Assembly: GCA_964638945.1 (NCBI GenBank)
Contig: CAZXCC010000001.1
Location: 1 to 45,944 of the forward strand
Length of the DNA: 45,944 nt
Source: an uncultured Veillonellaceae bacterium
GTDB taxonomy: Bacteria; Bacillota; Negativicutes; UBA1444
Direction: 5' to 3'
The notes beneath the pieces were generated by a model. The model worked only from the letters and a program-made list of their open reading frames with translations, made no database searches and was not told the DNA's origin. Position 1 is the stretch's first letter. The number at the start of each line of letters is the position of its first letter. This document shows, in pieces, positions 12,681-22,085 of the stretch. A program made the translations under genes and the position numbers.

Positions 12681-13724
12681 ATGTTTGAAGGCTATGAAGC
12701 AGAAGTCGTCGACCTGAAAAATGATCATGCGGTGGCTGAAGTTCGGCAATTCCTTGCAGGCTTTGAACTGACTTTTGACACGGATGTGGAATATACAGTC
12801 AACCTGCGTGACAATGGGAAAATTATTGGCACTGGATCTTTTTCAGGCGAGGTGTTACGAAATATTGCGGTGGACGAAAATGCCCAGGGAGCGGGGCTTA
12901 CGGCAAGCATTGTCAGCCAGCTGATGCAGGAGCAGTCGCGGCGCGGGCGATTGCATTATTTTATCTTCACCCGGCCGAGCAAGGCGCATCTTTTTGCCTC
13001 GCTCGGATTCCAGGAAATTGCAAGGGTAGAACCTTATGTGGCCTTGCTGGAGACGGGAATCGGATCCATTGATTCTTACTGCCGGGAAATTCAACAAAAA
13101 ATCGCCCATCTGCCGGAGGAAAGGGCAGCTGTTGTCGTCAACTGCAATCCGTTTACCAAAGGACACAGGGCGTTGCTTGAAAAAGCAGCTGCGGAAAATG
13201 AAGCAGTGATCGTTTTTGTTGTCAGCGAGGACCGATCGCTTTTTCCTTTTGCGGACAGACTGAAACTGGTGCAGGAAGGTGTGGCTGATTTAAAAAATGT
13301 TGCAGTTTTTCCTGCCGGAAAATATATAATTTCTGCTGCAACTTTTCCGACATACTTTACTCGTGAGGAAGACAAAGTGGAAGTTCAAACCCGCCTGGAT
13401 ATCGAAGTGTTTGCTTCCCGTATCGCACCGTCTCTGGGAATCAAGTTTCGGTATGTGGGGGAAGAGCCGTATTGTGCTGTGACGAATGCCTACAATCAGG
13501 CGATGTTCGATATTCTTCCCCGACATGGAATTACAGTCAGGGTGATCCAACGTGTGGGAGTGGACGGCGATATCATCAGCGCATCAAAAGTTCGTGAAAT
13601 GATTAAACAAAAAAACTGGAAAGGAATTGAGCAGGTGGTTCCTGTCAGTACTTACCGATACCTTGTGTCTGATGCTGCCAAAGAGATTGTGGCCAAGATT
13701 CAAAAATCCGACTCGAGGCACTGA
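12681..13724 (+). CDS. citC: [Citrate (pro-3S)-lyase] ligase-like protein (CitC family)
   Basis: It has an N-terminal GNAT-like region and a C-terminal cytidylyltransferase-type NCNPFTKGH (HxGH) motif. IISAATFPTYF and ISASKVRE blocks match E. coli CitC as I recall it. GGTGGAG lies 6 nt before ATG 12681. Confidence 0.8.
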   Translation: MFEGYEAEVVDLKNDHAVAEVRQFLAGFELTFDTDVEYTVNLRDNGKIIGTGSFSGEVLRNIAVDENAQGAGLTASIVSQLMQEQSRRGRLHYFIFTRPSKAHLFASLGFQEIARVEPYVALLETGIGSIDSYCREIQQKIAHLPEERAAVVVNCNPFTKGHRALLEKAAAENEAVIVFVVSEDRSLFPFADRLKLVQEGVADLKNVAVFPAGKYIISAATFPTYFTREEDKVEVQTRLDIEVFASRIAPSLGIKFRYVGEEPYCAVTNAYNQAMFDILPRHGITVRVIQRVGVDGDIISASKVREMIKQKNWKGIEQVVPVSTYRYLVSDAAKEIVAKIQKSDSRH

Positions 13725-13758
13725 GAATTCTGCATTGCAGTGAGAGGGGAGAACAAGC

Positions 13759-15822
13759 ATGGTGAAAAAATATTTCGGTGTTCTCCAAAAAGTTGGAAAA
13801 GCATTAATGCTTCCTGTCGCTCTTTTGCCGGCTGCCGGCATTCTGCTGGCATTTGGCAATGCATTGCAAAACCCTGCTGCGATCACTCTTCTGCCTATCA
13901 TGAGTAATTCCATAATTCAGTCATTGGCCAAAGTCATGGAGCAGGCGGGAGGAGTAATTTTTGCCAATCTTTCTCTGCTATTCGCCGTCGGAGTGGCAGT
14001 CGGCCTGTCTGCGGGGGAAGGAGTCGCCGGATTGGCAGCGATCGTCGGATTTCTTGTTATGAACACGACAATGGGTCTGGTTGCAGGTGTGACACCGGAA
14101 CTGTTGGCGGCAAAGAATCCGGCCTACGCCAGCGTATTGGGCATTGCAACTCTGCAGACCGGTGTGTTCGGCGGCATCATCATCGGTGTTTTTGCTGCCG
14201 CCATATACAAGCGTTATTTCAATATGGAACTGCCTTCCTATCTGAGTTTTTTTGCCGGAAAACGATTTGTGCCGATCGTGACATCTGCAGGCGCCTTGAT
14301 TCTCGGAGTGGTCATGGTTTTTGTCTGGCCTCCGGTACAGACTGGACTGAATTATTTCTCCCACAATATGATCGATGCAAACCGAACGGTGGCGGCCTTT
14401 GTATTCGGAGTTGTGGAACGTTCTCTGATTCCTTTCGGGCTGCACCATATATTTTATAATCCCTTCTGGTACCAGTTCGGTGAATATGTGAGCAAAACAG
14501 GACAGGTCGTGAATGGGGATCAGAGCATCTTTTTCGCCCAACTGAAGGATGGCGTGCCATTTACGGCAGGAACATTCATGACAGGCAAGTTTCCCTTCAT
14601 GATGTTTGGTTTGCCTGCTGCAGCACTGGCGATTTATCATGAGGCCAGACCGGAGAAAAAACAAATAACGGCAGGAATTATGGCTTCTGCCGCATTGACG
14701 TCGTTCTTGACCGGTATTACAGAACCGATCGAATTTTCTTTTTTGTTTGTGGCGCCATTGTTATTCGGGATTCACTGCGTGTTCGCAGGGCTGTCGTTCA
14801 TGACAATGCAACTTCTGAACATAAAAATCGGCATGACTTTTTCTGGAGGAATCATTGATTTTATATTGTTTGGAATAATTCCGAACCGCACGGAGTGGTG
14901 GTTGGTTATCCCCGTGGGGCTAGTCTTTTCGTTGATTTACTATTTTGGGTTCCGATTTGCGATCCGTCGCTGGGATTTGAAGACTCCCGGACGGGATGTG
15001 GAGGAGGAGTTGGGCGAATCCGGACTTATCGAACGGGACGGTCTCGCAGCGGAGATTTTGAAAGCTCTTGGAGGCTCGACAAATATTGTCAATCTGGACG
15101 CCTGTATCACGCGATTACGGATTAGTGTAAAGGAAATCTCCGCTGTAGACAAAAACCGCCTGAAGGGTCTGGGGGCCTCCGGGGTGATGGTGGTGGGAGA
15201 TAGTTTGCAAATCGTATTCGGACCGAAATCAGACCAGTTGAAAACACAAATACAGAATATCATGGAGGGACGGAATACTCCTTCGGAACAAATAGCAATA
15301 AAGCATATCCCGCCCGATGATGCTGTCATTCGTGAACTGGAAACAAAAGAAGCTGGAGGAAAGGAAATGTTTAATTCTTTCATGTCCCCTATCGAGGGAA
15401 AACTGATTGAGATCGCAAACGTTCCGGACAGTGTGTTTGCGCAAAAAATTATGGGAGATGGTTTTGCCATCGATCCGGCAAGCGGTGATGTGATTGCTCC
15501 GGTTAACGGAGTGGTGACAAGTTTTATGGATACCCGGCATGCTGTCGGCATTACCTCTGACGAGGGGATGGAGGTACTGATTCACGTTGGAATCGATACA
15601 GTAAAGCTGGAGGGGGAAGGGTTTACTGCATTTGTTGCACAGGAAGATGCTGTAGTCGCAGGACAATTACTGCTCAGATTTGATCTGGAGGCAATTCGTG
15701 CAAAAGTTCCCTCGCTCATTTCCCCGGTAGTATTCACCAATCTGCCTCAGGGAACAAAAATTGTGGTTCAGGAAGGGCAGAACGTGAAAAAAGGACAGAC
15801 CGGGTTTCTCCGCTCTGAGTAA
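13759..15822 (+). CDS. ptsG: PTS glucose-family transporter, fused EIIC-EIIB-EIIA
   Basis: The N-terminus is LQKVGKALMLPVALLPAAGILLAFG. The EIIB phospho-Cys motif is DACITRLR. The EIIA-Glc motifs are GDGFAIDP and HVGIDTVKL. Confidence 0.9.
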   Translation: MVKKYFGVLQKVGKALMLPVALLPAAGILLAFGNALQNPAAITLLPIMSNSIIQSLAKVMEQAGGVIFANLSLLFAVGVAVGLSAGEGVAGLAAIVGFLVMNTTMGLVAGVTPELLAAKNPAYASVLGIATLQTGVFGGIIIGVFAAAIYKRYFNMELPSYLSFFAGKRFVPIVTSAGALILGVVMVFVWPPVQTGLNYFSHNMIDANRTVAAFVFGVVERSLIPFGLHHIFYNPFWYQFGEYVSKTGQVVNGDQSIFFAQLKDGVPFTAGTFMTGKFPFMMFGLPAAALAIYHEARPEKKQITAGIMASAALTSFLTGITEPIEFSFLFVAPLLFGIHCVFAGLSFMTMQLLNIKIGMTFSGGIIDFILFGIIPNRTEWWLVIPVGLVFSLIYYFGFRFAIRRWDLKTPGRDVEEELGESGLIERDGLAAEILKALGGSTNIVNLDACITRLRISVKEISAVDKNRLKGLGASGVMVVGDSLQIVFGPKSDQLKTQIQNIMEGRNTPSEQIAIKHIPPDDAVIRELETKEAGGKEMFNSFMSPIEGKLIEIANVPDSVFAQKIMGDGFAIDPASGDVIAPVNGVVTSFMDTRHAVGITSDEGMEVLIHVGIDTVKLEGEGFTAFVAQEDAVVAGQLLLRFDLEAIRAKVPSLISPVVFTNLPQGTKIVVQEGQNVKKGQTGFLRSE

Positions 15823-15825
15823 ACG

Positions 15826-16467
15826 TCAATCCGGGATAAATTCTTTTTCCACATACTCAAAACCCTCTGCAGAAAACGCTGCAGCACCGGCAGAGATATC
15901 GGTAACGAATTTTTGCAGCTTTTCTTCATTGTCGGATTCGGCCAGAACAGAAAGACGGATCCTGTCGGTAAACTGCTTGTCTACGATATTGTATCCCTGG
16001 TTGCGCAGCTGATTTTCCAGTGGGCCAAGCAAATTATAAGAAATCTCGATACCGATTCGGGTATGCAGGATTCGTTCAACCGTTCCGGCAGCATGGACTG
16101 CCTCGGAAGCGCTTTTTCCATAAGCTCGGATCAAGCCGCCGCCGCCAAGTTTGATACCGCCAAAGTAGCGTGTTACTACAAGGGAAGTATCACTGAGCCG
16201 GTTCTTTTTGATGACTTCCAGCATGGGCTTGCCTGCCGTTCCGCTCGGTTCGCCATCATCGTCGGCTTTCTGAAATTCGTCCTGCGGACCGACAATACAG
16301 GCAAAACAGTTGTGAGTGGCGTCGTGGTATTTTTTGCGAAGGTCCGACACAAATGCCAGCGCCTGTTCCTCGTTTTCCGTCCGGGCCGCATGGGCGATAA
16401 AAACTGATTTGTTGATTTCCAGCGTGGCATTGCAAGTAGCTTTGATTGTCAAATAGCGTTTGCGCAA
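15826..16467 (-). CDS. yigZ: YigZ / IMPACT-family protein (UPF0029)
   Basis: 213 aa. It has the EINKSVFIAHA and ATHNCFA motifs typical of YigZ. A TTG start has AAGGAG 8 nt upstream. Confidence 0.8.
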   Translation of the reverse strand: MRKRYLTIKATCNATLEINKSVFIAHAARTENEEQALAFVSDLRKKYHDATHNCFACIVGPQDEFQKADDDGEPSGTAGKPMLEVIKKNRLSDTSLVVTRYFGGIKLGGGGLIRAYGKSASEAVHAAGTVERILHTRIGIEISYNLLGPLENQLRNQGYNIVDKQFTDRIRLSVLAESDNEEKLQKFVTDISAGAAAFSAEGFEYVEKEFIPD

Positions 16468-16480
16468 AGTGAGAACTCCT

Positions 16481-17812
16481 TCAAAATCTTACAGGGCGAC
16501 CGGCTCCGGCATATTTCCCGACGATTTCCGGAACCAATTCGGTATTGTCCAGTTGATAAATATAAATGTTGATTGGATTCCAGCCTGCCGAAAAGACAAA
16601 GGGAGGTCCGGATTCCAGCGACAGATTCACCGGCGTTGCCGCAACAGAGTTTGGCGCCTTGTAGAGAGAGTACCGGTCGAAAAAGACTCCCGGAACAGCT
16701 TCGGGAATGTACCCGGCCAACTTGCTTGCCGGTGCTGTCACATCAAAAAAATTGCCTTCGGAAAAAATACGGGCTGCAAATCCGGTGCCGAAGGCATGAT
16801 CTATCTTTCCTTCGTACCAATTGTTGTAGATGTGTACTTTGCCGTATCGTACCAAAGGACTTCCCGAGCGGCAATTGATAAAATGATTGTGATGGAAAGT
16901 AACGCTGAGTCTGCTGGAGTCAACTTCATTGTTGCTTTTGGCGCCAACCAGGATGGTTTTGTCGTGATTGGCAAAAATGTTGTAGGATACCGTGACAAAA
17001 TCTGTTCCCTGCACAATATCCAGCAGGCCATCATGACGGAAAATTTTCGGGGTTCTGCCATTGGCGTTCTTCAACAAGGCTCCGTCTGCAGTGTCCTGAA
17101 TCTTGTCAAGGAAGGTACAATGATCCACCCAGACATTTTTCGCGCCGGAAAGTGTGACGGAGTCATATTCCGCTTTCCAGTTGCCCCCATTTTCGTTGGG
17201 GTCCCAGCGGGGAAAGAAATCGATGACGTCTTCAAAGGTAAGATTGCGGATGATGACATTGGAGCCCCGGACAACGAGGCTGCCCCCCCGGATAACAGCA
17301 GACTCCCCTGCTCCAACGATCGATTTGTTTGCGCCGACGATTACCACGCATTGTTCTTTCTGCCGTTCAGCTGCCAGAGACCGGGCATCCTCCATGGATG
17401 CGATTTTCTGGCTATCTTTCAATAAATAGGATTGCTGATACTGGTCAAAATCATACCCTGTACCGGCAGAATACTCAGAGGCCGTTTTGCCCTGGTTGAG
17501 GTCGATCAGTCCGTGGACCACTATCACGACGGGTTCGTTACCGGCTGCCGCCCGTTTTAGTGTGTCACGATCCGTTACATGGACAATCCGGGTGGGGCGC
17601 TGCAAGTCGGCAGAATTGCCGCCGGTAAGGGAAAAACCAAGATAAAGGCCTGCGGCAGGTTCCCCGACATTATTGTAGGTTTTTGCTGCCCATCCATCTT
17701 CCGGAGAAAGAGCCGACGCGCTAAAAGTATCGGCATGGGCTGTATGGGGAGCCAGAAGCAATAGTAGCGGCACAAGCCATTTTTTACCCCAATGTCGCAG
17801 TATTTCCGGCAT
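16481..17812 (-). CDS. Secreted pectate lyase (polysaccharide lyase family 1-like beta-helix)
   Basis: The signal peptide ends at AHA-DT. VWVDHCTF, DGLLDIVQGTDFVTVSYN and a pectate lyase motif (RSGSPLVRYGKVHIYNNWY) are present. The stop overlaps the yigZ RBS. Confidence 0.8.
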   Translation of the reverse strand: MPEILRHWGKKWLVPLLLLLAPHTAHADTFSASALSPEDGWAAKTYNNVGEPAAGLYLGFSLTGGNSADLQRPTRIVHVTDRDTLKRAAAGNEPVVIVVHGLIDLNQGKTASEYSAGTGYDFDQYQQSYLLKDSQKIASMEDARSLAAERQKEQCVVIVGANKSIVGAGESAVIRGGSLVVRGSNVIIRNLTFEDVIDFFPRWDPNENGGNWKAEYDSVTLSGAKNVWVDHCTFLDKIQDTADGALLKNANGRTPKIFRHDGLLDIVQGTDFVTVSYNIFANHDKTILVGAKSNNEVDSSRLSVTFHHNHFINCRSGSPLVRYGKVHIYNNWYEGKIDHAFGTGFAARIFSEGNFFDVTAPASKLAGYIPEAVPGVFFDRYSLYKAPNSVAATPVNLSLESGPPFVFSAGWNPINIYIYQLDNTELVPEIVGKYAGAGRPVRF

Positions 17813-18027
17813 AGGTTTTCCGCCTTTCCTGAAATTGCTGATATTTTTAAGCGGGAAAGAGTGTGACGAGTTACATGAAAAAGTTTCGTCGGGGCTGGGT
17901 TAAATCCTGCCCGGCCGATAAAATATTGTCGAGTCATGCTTGTTATTCAGGAGGAGTGGGCGGTAGAAAGGGCGAAATGTAATGCGCAAAGAGTTTTTCA
18001 CGCGAGGCAAGGAACGGAGGTCTTCCT

Positions 18028-19137
18028 GTGAACCGAATGCGTTGGATTTCCCTGATACTGGTTTTGGTGATCCTTGGTTTTGCAACCGGGCAACCTATTG
18101 CATCTGCATGCTCGTTTCTGCGAATCACCGCGAAAGACGGCACTTTGGTTACCGGCCGGACAATGGAATTCGGCGCGGATTTGAAACCGGCCTGGAGCGT
18201 GACGCATCGTGGCAAGATAGTTACCAGCCCGGCTCCGGAAGGCCGGAGCGGTCTGGCTTGGAATGTCCGGCATGGATATGTGGCGGTAAATATCTTCGGT
18301 GACACCAACATGGTTGTTGACGGCATGAATGAAAAGGGTTTGGTAGTCAGCGGACTTTGGTATGAAAGCGACATGCAATGGTCGGATTTGCCAAAAGATC
18401 CAAATGTTCCGGTGCTGGCCAACGGAATGGTGATTTCCTGGCTGCTCGGGAATTTTGCGACAACCGCAGAAGTATCGCAGGCAGTGAAAAAGACACCTGT
18501 CTGTGCAGTGATTTTACCACAGATGGGCATGGCGCCTCCCCTACATCTGGCAGTGCAGGATGCAAGCGGCGGGTCCATTGTCATCGAATGGGAACATGGG
18601 GGCGTGAACGTGTATGAAAACCCATTGGGAATCATGACGAATGCACCCAACTTCCCCTATATGCTGACAAATTTGCGCAATTATGCAGGGTTAAATGCAG
18701 AACAAATTGCGGCAAAACAATATGATGGGGTGCGCGTTGTTCCAACCGGCCATGGAGCAGGTATGTTCGGATTGCCGGGCGATATCACTCCTCCCAGCCG
18801 TTTTGTCCGGCTGGCAGTATTGCGGCAGTATGCGGATCAGGCATCTGATGCCGCTGGTGCGGTAAAACTGGCGCGACATTTGTTGAATACGGTATATATA
18901 CCCCGGGGTACGGTTCTGGACCGGAATGCCGCAGGTGATGTGACGGCAAGTGAAAGCACGCAATGGACAGCATATTACGATGTGACTAACCGGCAAGTCT
19001 ATTTTCAGACCTACGATAATTCCACTCTTCGTAAAATTGACATGAAAGTAATTGATTTTGAATCTGTTACCCATAATGCGATCACTTTGTCCGACGAGAA
19101 TGAGACGATCATTGATGTTACCAAAAGGATGAACTGA
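18028..19137 (+). CDS. Secreted choloylglycine hydrolase / penicillin V acylase family Ntn hydrolase
   Basis: The signal peptide ends ...PIASA-CSFLRI, exposing the N-terminal nucleophile Cys, which is the hallmark of this family. A GTG start has GGAGG 8 nt upstream. Confidence 0.8.
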   Translation: MNRMRWISLILVLVILGFATGQPIASACSFLRITAKDGTLVTGRTMEFGADLKPAWSVTHRGKIVTSPAPEGRSGLAWNVRHGYVAVNIFGDTNMVVDGMNEKGLVVSGLWYESDMQWSDLPKDPNVPVLANGMVISWLLGNFATTAEVSQAVKKTPVCAVILPQMGMAPPLHLAVQDASGGSIVIEWEHGGVNVYENPLGIMTNAPNFPYMLTNLRNYAGLNAEQIAAKQYDGVRVVPTGHGAGMFGLPGDITPPSRFVRLAVLRQYADQASDAAGAVKLARHLLNTVYIPRGTVLDRNAAGDVTASESTQWTAYYDVTNRQVYFQTYDNSTLRKIDMKVIDFESVTHNAITLSDENETIIDVTKRMN

Positions 19138-19264
19138 TCAATTGCGGATCATATTCTGCATAGCGCAGAATTGGATCAGGAAAAATGATTCCGGAAGAGG
19201 AAACGAAAAAGCGCTGCAGAGTCAAAGAAAAGAAAGAGTACCAGAATAAAAGGAGGAAATAGTT

Positions 19265-20170
19265 TTGAAACGGATTTTTTTACTCGCGGGAATGCTGGTA
19301 ATGCTGCTTGTGGGTGTAGCTGCTGCGGCGCCCAATGCTGATCCGGTGATTCTCAATGCCGGAAATTGGTATAATTCTCACCCTATGCCGACTTCACCGG
19401 GAATCTCGGGTGAAATTGTCTTCCAATCTCCCCGTTCGGCGGTCATGATTCGCCAGGCGCCTGCAGGCACTGTCGCTGCGCCGCACTATCACAATGTTGC
19501 CGATGAGGTCGTCTATATTGTGGAAGGAAGCGCCGAATTGCTGACAAATGGGGACTGGGTAAAACTCCAACCGGGTGATGTGCATGTGAATCCCAGGGGA
19601 GCTGTCCACGGTCTCAAGGTGACGGATCCGAAAGGATGCAAATTCTTTTCCGTCTTTACTCCGCCTCAGCCGACAGGCGGTGATGTGACTCCCATACCGG
19701 CAGGCGCGCCGTTGCAGTCTCCGGAAGGATTGCTTGAAGCAACACCCGGTGCTGGAGTGGTGGTCAGTTTGAAAGAATGGCAAAGGTCTCCGACGAACCA
19801 GAACGCTCAAAGCCCTGGAGCTTTTTCCATGCCGGATTACCTGGAAGGTGACGGGTTGCGAGGGGTTACTGTTACCGAAACTCCCCGCTCAATCGTAATG
19901 TTGCGGGATGCAGGATATGGCGCTTCCCACAGACATACGCAGAATCAGGCGGATGAAATCATCTTCGTGGTATCCGGTTCAGCACATGTCAGTGACGCCG
20001 ATAGTTCAAACGTCATAGGGAAAAACTACATTCAGGTCATTCCTATGGGGTCGGAACACAACATGAGACTGATGCTGGGTGAGTCCATTCGCTTCGTCAC
20101 GGTTTTTGCACTGCAAGGAAAGCCGGTACTAGAAAAACCGTCATTTATGCAGTATATCAAAATACAATAG
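19265..20170 (+). CDS. Secreted bicupin protein (two metal-binding cupin domains)
   Basis: A signal peptide is present (MKRIFLLAGMLVMLLVGVAAAAP). The first cupin has motifs HYHNVADE...PRGAVHG and the second has HRHTQNQADE...PMGSEHN. A TTG start follows AAGGAGG. Confidence 0.7.
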   Translation: MKRIFLLAGMLVMLLVGVAAAAPNADPVILNAGNWYNSHPMPTSPGISGEIVFQSPRSAVMIRQAPAGTVAAPHYHNVADEVVYIVEGSAELLTNGDWVKLQPGDVHVNPRGAVHGLKVTDPKGCKFFSVFTPPQPTGGDVTPIPAGAPLQSPEGLLEATPGAGVVVSLKEWQRSPTNQNAQSPGAFSMPDYLEGDGLRGVTVTETPRSIVMLRDAGYGASHRHTQNQADEIIFVVSGSAHVSDADSSNVIGKNYIQVIPMGSEHNMRLMLGESIRFVTVFALQGKPVLEKPSFMQYIKIQ

Positions 20171-20192
20171 CTGGTAATTGCAAGCGGTTACT

Positions 20193-20220
20193 AACCCCAC
20201 AAACGCGTGGGGTTTTTTTC
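20193..20220 (+). terminator. Rho-independent terminator after the bicupin gene
   Basis: AACCCCAC-aaacgc-GTGGGGTT is followed by TTTTTT. Confidence 0.75.
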
Positions 20221-20285
20221 TGCATGGTGGAATGATAGAGCCGATCAAGGAAAAACGTCGGCCGATTTTCCAGGAGAAAGTAAAA

Positions 20286-22085
20286 ATGATATCGGTCAGC
20301 GTGGAGGGTTTTCGGATGGTGAACGGTGAGACGCCGCCTGCATTGAGGAAGACTTGCCCCAGGAGCGGCGTTGTGTTTGAGGGAATATCTTTTTGTTATC
20401 CAGATGCCGAACGTCAGGCATTGCAAGATATCAGTCTTGAAGTTCCAACCGGGCAGTTGGTTATGATCATGGGCGCCAGCGGGGCAGGAAAGTCGACTCT
20501 GGCAAACACTCTCAACGGACTGATCCCCAGGTTTATCCGGGGAGAGCTTCATGGAACTGTCCGTGTGGCGGAAGTTGTCCCCCAACTCAGAGGAATCAGC
20601 GGGATGGCGGGGATTGTTGGCCTGGTGTTTCAGGATTTTGAAACTCAATTATTTTCCACGCGGGTTGATCTGGAAATTGCATTCTGCATGGAAAATAGAG
20701 GAATACAGCGCTGCGCCATGCAGGAAGAAGTGCGGCGCCTTATCGGCCTGGTTGGCCTGGATGGATTTGAACAATACGAACCATCCGCCCTGTCGGGGGG
20801 GCAGAAACAACGGCTGGCGATTGGTGCAGTCCTTGCGGGTTTCCCAAAAGTGTTGTGCCTGGACGAACCAACGACAGATCTGGATCCGGTCGGAAAAAGA
20901 GAGATTTTTTCATTGCTGCGTTTGCTTCGCACGATGAATCCTGAGGGGCCGAATGCGGCAGCGGAAACCATCATGATTGTGGAGCATGAAACCGAAGAGG
21001 CGGTGTTTGTCGATCGAATCGTGATAATGAATCAGGGGCGCATCGTGGCAGACGGGACCCCGGAAAAAATCCTGCCGCAGGTGTCCTTGTTTGAGCAGAC
21101 GGGTCTGATGCCGTTGTCTCTCTGTGAGTATTTTCATCAGCTCGGGTTCCCCAATGAGGTTTTGCCGCTGACGTTGGATGAAGCGGAGCATTTTTTTCAT
21201 CATTCCGGACTCACTCTTGATGGAACCCGTCTCCAAGAGATAGGCGTACAGGAAGAAAAACGACGCTGTTCTTATGGAAGTGAGATTATCCGTGTGGATG
21301 GATTGGTACAGGCGTTTGGAGAAAATGTCATTTTGCAGGGAGTCGATTTGTGCATCCGGGAGAAGGAATTTGTTGCGGTGCTTGGTGCGAATGGCAGCGG
21401 AAAAACAACGCTTGTTAAGCATTTGAACGGCTTGCTGCGCCCGAAGCAAGGAGCGGTATATCTATCCGGATCTAATGTCTCCAATTTGCCAATCTTCGAG
21501 ATAGGAAAAACCGTAGGCTATGTCTTTCAAAATCCGGATCAACAGATTTTTTGCGATACGGTATTTGAGGAAGTATCTTACGGATTGCGGCTGCGTGGGA
21601 TATCAGAAAAGGAAACCGCAATGCGCGTTCGGGAAGCGTTGGACGCTGTCGGACTGAATGGCTGTGAAAAGGAAGATCCTTTTTCTCTTTCCAAAGGACA
21701 AAGGCAACGTGTGGCTGTTGCTTCCGTTCTGGCCATCAAGCCAAGAGTGCTGGTGCTTGATGAACCAACGACCGGCCTGGATTACAAGGATCAGAAACGG
21801 ATGATGGAATTGGTGAAAAATTTGAACGAAGCAGGCCATACCATTGTAATGATTACTCATACCATGTGGGTGGTGGCGGAATATGCCCATCGGGTCGTAT
21901 TGGTCCGGGACGGGCGAATTGCAGCGGACGGAGGAGTTCGGGAAATTTTTGCCGATGAAGCGGCGCTTGCCCTTGCAGAAGTATGTCCGCCGCAAATAAC
22001 GAGGTTGGGCAACCGACTTGGGGGAACCGTTCTCTCGGTAAAGGAATTGTTGCATTGTACGCAAAGGCCGGGGCAAATGTCATGA
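20286..22085 (+). CDS. ECF transporter ATPase, fused A-A' (two tandem ABC ATPase domains)
   Basis: Walker A motifs are GASGAGKST and GANGSGKTT. Signature motifs are LSGGQKQR and LSKGQRQR. ATG 20286 has AGGAGA 8 nt upstream; the listed start at 20178 lies inside the upstream terminator. Confidence 0.9.
   Translation: MISVSVEGFRMVNGETPPALRKTCPRSGVVFEGISFCYPDAERQALQDISLEVPTGQLVMIMGASGAGKSTLANTLNGLIPRFIRGELHGTVRVAEVVPQLRGISGMAGIVGLVFQDFETQLFSTRVDLEIAFCMENRGIQRCAMQEEVRRLIGLVGLDGFEQYEPSALSGGQKQRLAIGAVLAGFPKVLCLDEPTTDLDPVGKREIFSLLRLLRTMNPEGPNAAAETIMIVEHETEEAVFVDRIVIMNQGRIVADGTPEKILPQVSLFEQTGLMPLSLCEYFHQLGFPNEVLPLTLDEAEHFFHHSGLTLDGTRLQEIGVQEEKRRCSYGSEIIRVDGLVQAFGENVILQGVDLCIREKEFVAVLGANGSGKTTLVKHLNGLLRPKQGAVYLSGSNVSNLPIFEIGKTVGYVFQNPDQQIFCDTVFEEVSYGLRLRGISEKETAMRVREALDAVGLNGCEKEDPFSLSKGQRQRVAVASVLAIKPRVLVLDEPTTGLDYKDQKRMMELVKNLNEAGHTIVMITHTMWVVAEYAHRVVLVRDGRIAADGGVREIFADEAALALAEVCPPQITRLGNRLGGTVLSVKELLHCTQRPGQMS

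Noticed and set aside
12644-12688. A 14-codon upstream ORF (MTKMDFVRRGGEDV) overlapping the citC start.
   Set aside because: It has a weak RBS and no distinctive leader-peptide features (no codon runs). It may be a chance ORF in an AT-rich leader.
13725-13758. A possible RAT/antiterminator or terminator structure in front of ptsG, as in GlcT-controlled ptsG genes.
   Set aside because: The gap is only 34 nt. The CTGCATTGCAG palindrome has no loop and cannot form a useful hairpin. No T-run is present.
20221-20285. Possible preQ1-type riboswitch in the ECF operon leader, considered because the S-like domain resembles QueT.
   Set aside because: Only about 65 nt are available. A short GCCGA...TCGGC hairpin and an A-rich stretch are present, but I cannot match the preQ1-I/II consensus (no conserved loop or ACUA tail). 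An Infernal scan would settle it.
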